From a virus, in IMG/VR virus record IMGVR_UViG_3300002835_000025: a DNA stretch of 64,000 bases. One strand, given 5' to 3'. A program made the position numbers and the translations under genes. Shown here piece by piece: positions 19,271 through 28,876 of this stretch (position 1 is the first letter of the stretch; every line of letters begins with the position of its first letter). The notes under the pieces were generated by a model. That model saw only the letters and a program-made list of their open reading frames with translations. It made no database searches and was not told the origin of the DNA.

Positions 19271-21175
19271 ATGCCAATCCAATTATCTCCTGGTGTTGCA
19301 GTTGTAGAGAAGGATTTTACTAATGTTGTACCTACAATAGCATCTTCTGCAGCCGCAGTTGCTGGTGCTTATTCTTGGGGTCCTGTATTAGAACCTACTA
19401 CTATCTCATCAGAAAACGAACTTGTTGCTCAATTTGGTAAACCAACTGACACCAATGCTCAATCATGGTTTACTGCAGCAAACTTCTTATCTTATTCTAG
19501 TAACTTATTAAACATTCGTACTGGTACTACTGCTCAAAGAAATGCTGTTTCTTCAGGCACTGCTTCTACCATCAATAATAGAACAGTATATGAACAAAAT
19601 TTCATTGCTGGTACGGGCACAATTAAATTTACAGCAAAATATCCTGGTGCATTAGGTAATTCTATTGCAATTGCGGTTGCTGATGCTGCTACATTTAAAG
19701 CAGTTACTCTTTCAGGTACTGTCACTACTTTAACATCTGCTACTACCTTAACTGGTGGAACTTCAGGTGCGGCTCAAACTAAATTCTTAACTGAATTATA
19801 TGTTGGTGCTGTTGTAAAAGATACAACTGGTGCTACTGTTGGTACAGTTGCTTCAATTACTTCTGATAGCGTAGCTACTCTTTCTGCCAATGCTGCTATT
19901 GCATTAACAAACGGTGCTATTAAAGCTGATTGGCAATACGTAAGTCAATTCTCTACTGCTCCAGGTACTTCATCTTTTGCTACACAAAAAGGTGCTACTA
20001 CTGCTTCTGATGAATTGCATATTCTTATTATTGATTCTAAAGGTGAATGGACAGGCGTTCCTGGAACGATTCTTGAAAAATTCCCATTCGTTTCTAAAGC
20101 AGTTAATGCTAAAACCGATAACGGAACAAGCAGTTACTATAAAAATGTATTAAACAACCAATCTAACTATGTTTGGTGGACTTCTAAATTAGCAACAGAT
20201 TGGGATACTATATTAACTAGTACTACTGTTTATACTAATCTTACTGCTAATGCTACTTACCAATTGACTGGTGGTGTTAGTGACTTAACATCAACTTCAG
20301 CAAATCAATTAGAAGCATATAATTTAATTGCTAACCCAGAATTATATCCTATTGCTTACATTGCTGCTGGTAAAGCATCATCTGCAACTGTTACTTCATT
20401 AATTAGCAACATTGCTGAAGTTCGTAAAGATATTATCGTATTTGCTTCTCCAGAAGATACTACTGGCGATATTTTAATCGGCAATGGTTCTGATATTACT
20501 GCTAAAGTTTCAGCATACCGTGATGCACTTCCATCATCTTCTTATGCTGTTCTTGATTCTGGTTATAAATATCAGTATGACAGATATAATGACGTTTACC
20601 GTTGGATTCCATTAAATGGTGATACTGCTGGATTATGTGCTCGTACAGATGGCACAAATGATCCTTGGTTCTCTCCTGGTGGTTATACCCGCGGTCAAGT
20701 TAAAAATGTAGTTAAATTAGCTTACAATCCAGATAAAAGTGCTAGAGATGCAATTTATAGCAATGGCATTAACCCAGTGGTTTCTTTCCCTGGTCAAGGT
20801 GTGGTGCTTTATGGCGACAAAACTCTATTAGCTAAACCATCTGCTTTTGACCGTATTGGAACTCGTAGATTGTTCATCATTCTTGAAAGATCTATTTCAG
20901 TTGCGGCAAAATACCAATTGTTTGAATACAATGATTCTTTCACAAGAGCACAGTTCAAAAATATGCTTGAACCATTCTTGAGAGATATTCAAGGAAGACG
21001 TGGTATTACTGATTTCCAAGTGGTTTGTGATACGACTAACAATACAGCTGCTGTAATTGAAGGTTATAACTTCATTGCTGATATATACATCAAACCAAAC
21101 TACTCAATCAATTACATCACATTAAACTTCATCGCTACTCGTCAAAGCGTTGAGTTCTCAACTGTTGGTGCATAA
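19271..21175 (+). CDS. gp18: Tail sheath protein gp18
   Basis: LSPGVAVVEKD, WGPV, PWFSPGG..RG and SAFDRI..RRLF. Confidence 0.96.
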   Translation: MPIQLSPGVAVVEKDFTNVVPTIASSAAAVAGAYSWGPVLEPTTISSENELVAQFGKPTDTNAQSWFTAANFLSYSSNLLNIRTGTTAQRNAVSSGTASTINNRTVYEQNFIAGTGTIKFTAKYPGALGNSIAIAVADAATFKAVTLSGTVTTLTSATTLTGGTSGAAQTKFLTELYVGAVVKDTTGATVGTVASITSDSVATLSANAAIALTNGAIKADWQYVSQFSTAPGTSSFATQKGATTASDELHILIIDSKGEWTGVPGTILEKFPFVSKAVNAKTDNGTSSYYKNVLNNQSNYVWWTSKLATDWDTILTSTTVYTNLTANATYQLTGGVSDLTSTSANQLEAYNLIANPELYPIAYIAAGKASSATVTSLISNIAEVRKDIIVFASPEDTTGDILIGNGSDITAKVSAYRDALPSSSYAVLDSGYKYQYDRYNDVYRWIPLNGDTAGLCARTDGTNDPWFSPGGYTRGQVKNVVKLAYNPDKSARDAIYSNGINPVVSFPGQGVVLYGDKTLLAKPSAFDRIGTRRLFIILERSISVAAKYQLFEYNDSFTRAQFKNMLEPFLRDIQGRRGITDFQVVCDTTNNTAAVIEGYNFIADIYIKPNYSINYITLNFIATRQSVEFSTVGA

Positions 21176-21185
21176 GGAGATATAA

Positions 21186-21782
21186 ATGGCACAAATTAAT
21201 GATTTCAAAAGCACCTTAAAGGGTGGCGGTGCTAGAGCTAATCACTTTAGAGCAATGTTATCAATGCCAAGTTGGGTTGGTGGTGGTTCTGGTTTATTAG
21301 CTGCACAAGAATCTCAATTCTTATGTCATGCTGCTCAATTACCAGCATCTACTATACAGGATATTCCTGTTCAATACCGCGGTCGTGACGTTCATATTGC
21401 TGGGGAACGTACTTACGAACCTTGGACAGTAAGCATCTATAATGATACAAACTTCAATATCCGTAACCGATTTGAAGAATGGATTGAAGGTATCCAAAAT
21501 GCTGCTTCTACTACAGGTATCGTTAATCCATTAGCTTATCAAGTTCAATTGAGAGTAGAACAACTTGATAGAAATGGCGATACTATGAAACAGTACACAT
21601 TCATCAATGCATTTCCACAAATGATTGGTTCTATTGAATTAAGTTATGAAGCAGGTACAGCAATCGAATCTTTCGATGTTACTTTCTTATATGACTATTG
21701 GACTTCTAATACAACCAAACCAGGTAATGGATTTGGTGTTAATGTATCAATAGATACTCCATTCGGAACAGTTAGTCTATAA
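21186..21782 (+). CDS. gp19: Tail tube protein gp19
   Basis: GGARANHF, AQLPAS, RGR...IAGERTYEPW and IESFDVTFLYDYW. Confidence 0.95.
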   Translation: MAQINDFKSTLKGGGARANHFRAMLSMPSWVGGGSGLLAAQESQFLCHAAQLPASTIQDIPVQYRGRDVHIAGERTYEPWTVSIYNDTNFNIRNRFEEWIEGIQNAASTTGIVNPLAYQVQLRVEQLDRNGDTMKQYTFINAFPQMIGSIELSYEAGTAIESFDVTFLYDYWTSNTTKPGNGFGVNVSIDTPFGTVSL

Positions 21783-21798
21783 CTAATAAAGGTATATA

Positions 21799-23304
21799 AT
21801 GGAAATTTTTGGAATTAATTTAACCAAAAAGAAAGCGAATCAAAAGGCGGTGGTGGCTTCAGTAGTGCCACCGTCTCTTGAAGACGGTTCTGCTTTGGTA
21901 TCTGCTGCAAATTACTATGGTCTTTCTGTAGATTTAGATGGCGGCATTAAAAACGAAAATGATCTAATTCGGAAATATCGTGAAATCAGTCAATATCCAG
22001 ATTGCGATTCAGCAATTGAAGATATTGTCAACGAAGCAATCGTTACTAGTGATACTGGCCAAACTGTCGATATCGTTCTTGACGATACTAAAGTTTCCGA
22101 TGGCATCAAAAAGAAAATTAGAGATGAATTTGAGAATGTACTTACTCTATTGAAGTTCAATGATAGAGGTCATGACATTTTTAGAACTTGGTATATTGAT
22201 GGTAGAATCTATTATAACATCATGCTTGATGAGAATAATAAGAAATCTGGCATTACTGAATTAAGAATCATCGAACCCCAAAAAATCAGACGTGTTAAAG
22301 TTGTAAAATCTTCACGTTCTCCTAAAGGTGTAGAACTTACAAGTATCCAAGAAGAATACTACCTATACAATGATAAGGGATTAACTGCCCAGACCACTCA
22401 AGGCGTTCGTATGAGTTTGGATTCAGTTGCCTATTGTCATTCTGGTATTCTTGATGGTAATACTAATATGGTTATGGGATACTTGCATAAAGCAATCAAA
22501 CCTACAAACCAATTGAAAATGATTGAGGATGCTCTAGTAATTTACAGAGTATCAAGAGCACCAGAACGTAGAGTATTTTATATTGATGTTGGTAATTTAC
22601 CTAAACTGAAAGCTGAACAATACGTTCAAGACATTATGAATAAGTTTAGAAACAAACTTGTTTATGATGCTGTTACGGGTGAAGTTAAAACTGATAAGAA
22701 AAATCTTTCTATGATGGAAGATTTCTGGATGCCTAGAAGAGAAGGTGGTAAAGGTACTGAAATTACTACTCTAGACGGTGCACAGAATCTTGGTCAAATT
22801 GAAGATATCAACTACTTCCAAAATAAACTATTCCAAGCACTTAATGTTCCTATTTCAAGACTTAGACCAGATACTGGTTTCTCTCTTGGTAGAAGTTCAG
22901 AAATTACTCGTGACGAGATTAAGTTTAGTAAGTTTATAAATAGATTAAGAAATAAGTTTTCTAATGTATTCAATGAAATTTTAAGAATCCAACTTGTTGC
23001 AAAGGGTATCATTCGTGAAGATGAATGGGATGAATTTGCTAATAGTATAAGATACGATTTCAACCAGGATAATCATTTCCAAGAAATGAAAGATACTGAA
23101 ATTCTGCAAAACAGACTTCAGACTCTCCAACTATTGGATCCTTATGTTGGTAAATATTTCTCAGTTGAATGGGTACAGAAAACTGTATTGATGCAATCAG
23201 AAAAAGATATTAAAGAGATTGCTGCTCAGATTAAAAAGGAACCTGCTCCAGTAGATCAAGAACAAGATTCTGGGCAAGTTACTCAAGATACAACACAACA
23301 ATAG
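21799..23304 (+). CDS. gp20: Portal protein gp20
   Basis: IYRVSRAPERRVFYIDVGNLP and EDFWMPRREGGKGTEITTL. Confidence 0.97.
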   Translation: MEIFGINLTKKKANQKAVVASVVPPSLEDGSALVSAANYYGLSVDLDGGIKNENDLIRKYREISQYPDCDSAIEDIVNEAIVTSDTGQTVDIVLDDTKVSDGIKKKIRDEFENVLTLLKFNDRGHDIFRTWYIDGRIYYNIMLDENNKKSGITELRIIEPQKIRRVKVVKSSRSPKGVELTSIQEEYYLYNDKGLTAQTTQGVRMSLDSVAYCHSGILDGNTNMVMGYLHKAIKPTNQLKMIEDALVIYRVSRAPERRVFYIDVGNLPKLKAEQYVQDIMNKFRNKLVYDAVTGEVKTDKKNLSMMEDFWMPRREGGKGTEITTLDGAQNLGQIEDINYFQNKLFQALNVPISRLRPDTGFSLGRSSEITRDEIKFSKFINRLRNKFSNVFNEILRIQLVAKGIIREDEWDEFANSIRYDFNQDNHFQEMKDTEILQNRLQTLQLLDPYVGKYFSVEWVQKTVLMQSEKDIKEIAAQIKKEPAPVDQEQDSGQVTQDTTQQ

Positions 23305-23313
23305 GAACATATT

Positions 23314-23475
23314 ATGACAGAATTTACTTCAAATTTAGTTGATGCTATTATTTCTGGTAAAGCAACTGATATCGAGAACTCTTTTCAAGCGGTGATGGCT
23401 GATAAGATTTCATCTGCTATTGATGATAGAAAAATTGAAGTTGCTCAAACTATGTTTAAAGACACGGACGACTAA
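23314..23475 (+). CDS. Prohead core protein gp67-like (53 aa, below ORF-track cutoff)
   Basis: MTEFTSNLVDAIISGKATDIENSFQAVMADKISSAIDDRKIEVAQTMF; RBS present; position right after the portal gene. Confidence 0.7.
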   Translation: MTEFTSNLVDAIISGKATDIENSFQAVMADKISSAIDDRKIEVAQTMFKDTDD

Positions 23476-23825
23476 TGAACTATTCAACTTTTGTACAATA
23501 TATTGGTACCAAAAAGAATATATCAAATTCTATAAAAGAACATTACGGCATTGAAGCAAGTCCATCTTTAATTGAATCTTATTCTTCGTTATTGGAAACC
23601 AATAGATTTACAGTTGATCCAGTAATATTGGAGTTAAGAGAGAAACAATCTTCATTAAGTTGTCGGTTTGAATATACTTTGGATGATGGTTCTTGTGTTT
23701 CGATTACAGAAGAAACTCAGAATCTCCTAAATCAGATTTTAATAAATAATACTAAAGCAATTAATTTTATGAATGAATCTAAAGATAACTTCTTTAGTGT
23801 TATTCAAGAAACAATTAAGGAATAA
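23475..23825 (+). CDS. Hypothetical head-region protein
   Basis: ORF coupled between gp67-like and gp21. Confidence 0.55.
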   Translation: MNYSTFVQYIGTKKNISNSIKEHYGIEASPSLIESYSSLLETNRFTVDPVILELREKQSSLSCRFEYTLDDGSCVSITEETQNLLNQILINNTKAINFMNESKDNFFSVIQETIKE

Positions 23826-23828
23826 AAG

Positions 23829-24236
23829 ATGGCTGTAACTATAACAGTTGTATCAAAAACCTATAGCGATGTTGTTGTTAAAGTTGCAGGCACTGCTGGT
23901 TCAGCAACACTTAACTTGACAACGGATATCCTTGCAGTAAACGAAGCACTGAATGGTGCTACTCAGAAAGTTAATATTGCTAATCTATTTTGGTCTGGCA
24001 ATGCTGATTGTACTATTGCTATTGATAGAAATTCTGTAAGGTCATATACCTTCCAATCTAATACTATTGGCAGTATTAATTTATCAGAAGCTGGATTTGC
24101 TAACGATCCAATCAATAATACATATCCATTAGTGTTTACTGTTACTGGTACTGGCAATATGGAACTTTGGGTTAGACTTAAAAAAGTGTCTGGTTATAAA
24201 AATACAGACCAATTAAGTACTATCCAATCAATCTAA
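23829..24236 (+). CDS. Hypothetical head-region protein
   Basis: Beta-rich ORF with RBS upstream of gp21. Confidence 0.55.
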   Translation: MAVTITVVSKTYSDVVVKVAGTAGSATLNLTTDILAVNEALNGATQKVNIANLFWSGNADCTIAIDRNSVRSYTFQSNTIGSINLSEAGFANDPINNTYPLVFTVTGTGNMELWVRLKKVSGYKNTDQLSTIQSI

Positions 24237-24244
24237 GGACAGAT

Positions 24245-24886
24245 ATGAAATTAATCACAGAACAAGTAATGGATGTGCAATATCTGGTCGAATCAGATGG
24301 CACAAAGAAATCCCATTACATCAGTGGTGTTTTTATGCAAGCCGATACTCCTAATAGAAATGGAAGAACTTATCCTAAGTCTATTATGGAATCAGAACTT
24401 CAAAAATACCAATCTTCTATAAAAGAAAAACGCTCACTTGGCGAACTTGGTCATCCAGATTCACCATCGCTTAATCTTGATAAAGTATCTCACTTGATTA
24501 CTGAATTAAGATTTGATGGTAATGACATTGTTGGTAAAGCTAAAATCCTTGATACTCCTATGGGTAAGATTGCTCAGAACTTTCTTGATGAAGGTGTTAA
24601 GTTAGGTGTATCTTCAAGAGGACTTGGTTCCGTTGTTCGCAAAGGTAACATCAATGAAGTCCAAAATGATTTCAGATTGGCTACTGTAGATATTGTCCAC
24701 GAACCAAGTGGTATTGACTGTTGGGTTAATGGTATCATGGAAGGTAAAGAATGGGTGTACGTTAATGGTGTCTTTACTGAACGCCATATTGATGATGCTC
24801 GCAAAGCAATTTCAGGTGCCAAATCTAGTTTAATAAATGAAGTATCACTGAAAGAATTTCAAAATTTCTTAACACGTATTAAGTAA
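24245..24886 (+). CDS. gp21: Prohead protease gp21
   Basis: NRNGRTYP, LGELGHP and LGVSSRGLGS. Confidence 0.96.
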   Translation: MKLITEQVMDVQYLVESDGTKKSHYISGVFMQADTPNRNGRTYPKSIMESELQKYQSSIKEKRSLGELGHPDSPSLNLDKVSHLITELRFDGNDIVGKAKILDTPMGKIAQNFLDEGVKLGVSSRGLGSVVRKGNINEVQNDFRLATVDIVHEPSGIDCWVNGIMEGKEWVYVNGVFTERHIDDARKAISGAKSSLINEVSLKEFQNFLTRIK

Positions 24887-24905
24887 CTATAACAAGGGAG
24901 ACACA

Positions 24906-26447
24906 ATGTCTATAGAAGATAAAATTGCAGATTTATTAAGAGAATCTGAAGCATTGCAAGTTGCTGAAGCATGCAAAACCAAAATGAAAGAACAAGATTG
25001 TGAAGATGAAGACGATTTAGATGAAGATTATATTCTTGATTTAGATGAAGCATTTGCTGTACATAGACATGGAGGTTCTATAGGAAGTGGTGGTCCAACT
25101 CATTATAGCACTCATGAAACTAAAGAAGAAGCTAAAGAAGAAGCTAAACGATTAAACAAAGGGTTGTCTCCTGGAGACAAGAAATATTATGGCATTAAAT
25201 ATAAAGTATCTCAGGTCAAAGGTGTTAAAGAAGGATATGAAGTTTTAGAACTTGATGAAGAACAACTTGACGAATTGTCTAAGAAAACTTTGGGTTCTTA
25301 TGCTAAAAAAGCAAGTGGTAATATTGCAAATCATGCTTTACATGCAAATATTGCTATTAATAAAAATGATATTGCTAATACAGAATATCATTCTAGAAAA
25401 TTAATGAAAAGAAAAGCTGGTGTTGGTAAAGCAATTGATAAATTGACTAAAGAAGATTTTGAAGATTTTTCAGTTGAAGAATTAGAAGACTTTATGATGT
25501 CAGAAGATTATGAACAACTTGACGAATTGTCAAAAAAGACTTTAGGTTCTTATGTCAAGAAAGCATCTGATAAAATGAGAAATGCAGAATATTACAGTGG
25601 TTTGAATGATTCATCAAGTGCGGGTCATGGAACTTCTGAAAAAGATAAACAAAGATTTAGAGATACTGCTTCTAAACGTAGCAAAGGAATTAAAACCGCA
25701 GTCGACAAATTGACTAAAGAAGATATCGATGCCGATGTTGATGCTTTAATGAATGGCGAAAACCTTACAGAAGAATTCAGAGAAAAAGCTACTGCAATCT
25801 TTGAAGCTGCTGTAATGTCAAGAGTGACTCAAGAAGTTGAATCATTAGAAGAAGAATTCCAAGACCGCCTCGTAGAATACTATGAAGGTGCTAAAGAAGA
25901 AATTGTTGAAAAAGTTGATGGATACCTCAACTATGTTGTTGAGCAGTGGATGAATGATAATGAACTTGCCGTTACAACCGGCATTAAAAATGACATTCTT
26001 GAAGGATTTGTTAGTGGAATGAAAAATTTATTCCAAGAACATTATATTGAAGTTCCAGATGAAAAACTTGATCTTGTTGCTGAATTACAAGAATCAGTAG
26101 CTACTTTGGAATCTAAACTTGATGAATCTTTGGAATCGAATGTTACGATGTCTAAGTACATCAATTATGTAGAAAGAAATACAATCACAGAAGAATTCTG
26201 CAAATCAATGACTGATACTGAAGTAGAGAAATTCAAATCTCTTGCTGAAGAATTGAGCTTTGAAGATTCAGACACATATTCTTCTAAATTGCAAATCATC
26301 AAAGAAAATTACTTTGGTAAAAAACCCACTGCTGGTAATGTCCGTTCAATCGTAACTGATTCGCCAGTACAACTTACTGAAAGTGTACAAAACATTGATC
26401 CAAATGTAGCTCAATATTTAGAAACTTTTAACAGAATTAAACTTTAA
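24906..26447 (+). CDS. gp22: Prohead scaffold gp22 with extended modular N-terminus
   Basis: C-terminal half is gp22-like (LTEEFREKATAIFEAAV, VDGYLNYVVEQWM, LFQEHYIEVP); N-terminal half carries repeats. Confidence 0.88.
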   Translation: MSIEDKIADLLRESEALQVAEACKTKMKEQDCEDEDDLDEDYILDLDEAFAVHRHGGSIGSGGPTHYSTHETKEEAKEEAKRLNKGLSPGDKKYYGIKYKVSQVKGVKEGYEVLELDEEQLDELSKKTLGSYAKKASGNIANHALHANIAINKNDIANTEYHSRKLMKRKAGVGKAIDKLTKEDFEDFSVEELEDFMMSEDYEQLDELSKKTLGSYVKKASDKMRNAEYYSGLNDSSSAGHGTSEKDKQRFRDTASKRSKGIKTAVDKLTKEDIDADVDALMNGENLTEEFREKATAIFEAAVMSRVTQEVESLEEEFQDRLVEYYEGAKEEIVEKVDGYLNYVVEQWMNDNELAVTTGIKNDILEGFVSGMKNLFQEHYIEVPDEKLDLVAELQESVATLESKLDESLESNVTMSKYINYVERNTITEEFCKSMTDTEVEKFKSLAEELSFEDSDTYSSKLQIIKENYFGKKPTAGNVRSIVTDSPVQLTESVQNIDPNVAQYLETFNRIKL

Positions 26448-26465
26448 AATAAGGAAATTACAAAA

Positions 26466-27809
26466 ATGCAAACTCGTCCTGAATTAGTAAAAAAATGGGC
26501 TCCTATCTTAGAGCACGAATCTTTAAGTCCTATCAAAGACAACTACCGTAAAGAAGTTACTGCGGTATTATTAGAAAACCAAGAAAAAGCAATGCGTGAA
26601 GAAGGTTCAATGAGCATGGGCTTATATGAAACACACAATAACGCTGGTGGTTCATCTATCGCTTTAGGTTCTGCTGGTTGGGCTGCTGGTGCAACTACTG
26701 CTGCCGTTCAAGGTTATGATCCAGTATTAATCTCATTAGTACGTCGTGCAATGCCACAAATGATCGCTTATGATATCTGTGGTGTTCAACCAATGACTCA
26801 ACCTACCGGTTTGATTTTTGCTATGAAATCACGTTACACATCACAAAATGGTGCTGAAGCGTTGGTTAACGAAGCAAATACTCAATTCTCTGGTGCAACT
26901 ACATTGTTTGACGGTACTGGTACTCCTGCTTCTGGTACACAATCAGCATTAACAGATATCTTTAACGCTACTACAGGTTATGGTATGACTACTGCTGATG
27001 GCGAAGCAACTACTTTCGCTGAAATGGCATTCTCAATCGAAAAAACATCTGTAACTGCTCAAACTCGTGCGTTGAAAGCAGAATACACAGATGAATTAGC
27101 ACAAGATCTTAAATCAGTTCATGGTTTAGATGCCGCTGCTGAATTGAGCAACATCTTAACTCAAGAAATTCTTGCTGAAATCAACCGTGAAGTTGTTCGT
27201 CGCGTTTATATCTCTGCAAAAGTTGGTGCTCAAACTGGTACTGCTGTTGCTGGTTCATTCGATCTTGATATCGATTCAAATGGTCGTTGGTCAGTTGAAA
27301 AATTCAAAGGTTTATTGTTCCAAATTGAACGTGAAGCAAATGCTGTTGGCCAATTAACACGTCGTGGTAAAGCTAACTTCATCATCACTTCTGCTGACGT
27401 AGCATCTGCACTTGCTATGGCTGGTGTACTTGATTATGCTCCTGCATTATCTACTTCATTGAATGTTGATGATACTTCAACAACTTTTGCTGGTATCTTA
27501 AACGGTCGTTATAAAGTTTATGTTGATCCATATGCTGCAAACAGTTCAGCTACACAATTCTTTGTTGCTGGTTATAAAGGTAGTTCAGCATTCGATGCTG
27601 GTTTATTCTACTGCCCATATGTACCATTGCAATTAGTTCGTGCAACTGATCCTAATACATTCCAACCAAAAATTGGCTTCAAAACTCGTTATGGTATTGC
27701 TAGCAATCCATTCGCTGTAGCTGATTATACAGGTCCACAAGATCCAAATGGTTTGTATGCTAATGCAAACTCATATTATCGCAAAGTGGCCGTTGCTAAC
27801 TTGATGTAG
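26466..27809 (+). CDS. gp23: Major capsid protein gp23
   Basis: DICGVQPMTQPTGLIFAM, RALKAEY..ELAQDLK and FQPKIGFKTRYG. Confidence 0.98.
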   Translation: MQTRPELVKKWAPILEHESLSPIKDNYRKEVTAVLLENQEKAMREEGSMSMGLYETHNNAGGSSIALGSAGWAAGATTAAVQGYDPVLISLVRRAMPQMIAYDICGVQPMTQPTGLIFAMKSRYTSQNGAEALVNEANTQFSGATTLFDGTGTPASGTQSALTDIFNATTGYGMTTADGEATTFAEMAFSIEKTSVTAQTRALKAEYTDELAQDLKSVHGLDAAAELSNILTQEILAEINREVVRRVYISAKVGAQTGTAVAGSFDLDIDSNGRWSVEKFKGLLFQIEREANAVGQLTRRGKANFIITSADVASALAMAGVLDYAPALSTSLNVDDTSTTFAGILNGRYKVYVDPYAANSSATQFFVAGYKGSSAFDAGLFYCPYVPLQLVRATDPNTFQPKIGFKTRYGIASNPFAVADYTGPQDPNGLYANANSYYRKVAVANLM

Positions 27810-27834
27810 GATTGAAATAAATCTGCATTAACTG

Positions 27835-27859
27835 AAAGGAGTCTTCGGACTCCTTTTTT
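27835..27859 (+). terminator. Intrinsic terminator with UUCG loop
   Basis: AAAGGAGTC-TTCG-GACTCCTTT followed by TTT, after gp23. Confidence 0.9.
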
Positions 27860-27898
27860 ATTGTCTAATAAATAGTTCAAACATCGTAAGGAACTATT

Positions 27899-28423
27899 AT
27901 GGCAATCTCTCTTATACCAGAAAATCTAAATCCATTATCTCCTAATGGATTCCAATTTGTTATTCAGAAAATACCTGAAATGGTTTACTTTACTCAAGAA
28001 GTACCATTGCCAGGCATATCACTTCCTAGAATGGATATGGATACTCCATTCACTCAGATAAAACTTCCTAGTACTAAAATGGAATTCGAACCATTGACTA
28101 TTAATTTCCTAGTTGATGAGAATATGGCAAACTATCTTGCTATCTTTAACTGGATTGCTGGATTAGGTCATCCTCAAGAATATGAACAGTACACTTCATT
28201 TCAAAATAGAAATCCAAAGTTTGTTATGTCTGATTCAGCAAGAAACTTTTCAGACGGCACACTTGAGATTTTAGGTTCAAATAACACGGTGGTCCAAACA
28301 GTAAGATTTGTTGATTTGATTCCTACTAATCTGTCAGGATTAACTTTTGCTACTACTAACACAGACGTCACATATATAACTGCATCAGCTACATTTGAAT
28401 ACACATACTTTATTTTTGAGTAA
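27899..28423 (+). CDS. gp3: Tail tube terminator/completion gp3
   Basis: NPLSPNGFQF, V.LPGISL, FLVDENM.NY..I.NW and P..LSGL.F. Confidence 0.85.
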   Translation: MAISLIPENLNPLSPNGFQFVIQKIPEMVYFTQEVPLPGISLPRMDMDTPFTQIKLPSTKMEFEPLTINFLVDENMANYLAIFNWIAGLGHPQEYEQYTSFQNRNPKFVMSDSARNFSDGTLEILGSNNTVVQTVRFVDLIPTNLSGLTFATTNTDVTYITASATFEYTYFIFE

Positions 28424-28438
28424 ATTATTGGAGATATT

Positions 28439-28876
28439 ATGACACTTGATGAAATCCAAGCAAATTGGGAAATTGACTGTGAAATCAATAACGACCACCT
28501 AGATACGGAATCTGTAAAAACTGCAAAACTTCACGCCAAATATATTAGACTACTAATTGACGCCAAACTTAGATTAAGTAAAATTAAAAATGATTTTGTT
28601 GTATTAAAGAAAACTAAATTTCGTTATTATCGTGGTGAATTATCTCGTCAAGAATTAATAGATTTAGGATGGGAACAATGGCAATATGCAAAACCATTAA
28701 AAAATGAAATGGAACAATTGCTAGAAGGTGATACTGAAATTGCTAATATGAAATTAAAAATAGAATATATTGATACTATGATTTATCTTTTAGAATCGAT
28801 TCTAAAATCAATTTCTGATAGAACATGGTCAATTAAAAATTCTATTGGTTTCAAACAATTTCTAGCTGGTGCATAA
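28439..28876 (+). CDS. uvsY: Recombination mediator UvsY
   Basis: LD.ES.K..KLHAKY, RYY.G and R.WSIKN.I....F.AG. Confidence 0.9.
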   Translation: MTLDEIQANWEIDCEINNDHLDTESVKTAKLHAKYIRLLIDAKLRLSKIKNDFVVLKKTKFRYYRGELSRQELIDLGWEQWQYAKPLKNEMEQLLEGDTEIANMKLKIEYIDTMIYLLESILKSISDRTWSIKNSIGFKQFLAGA

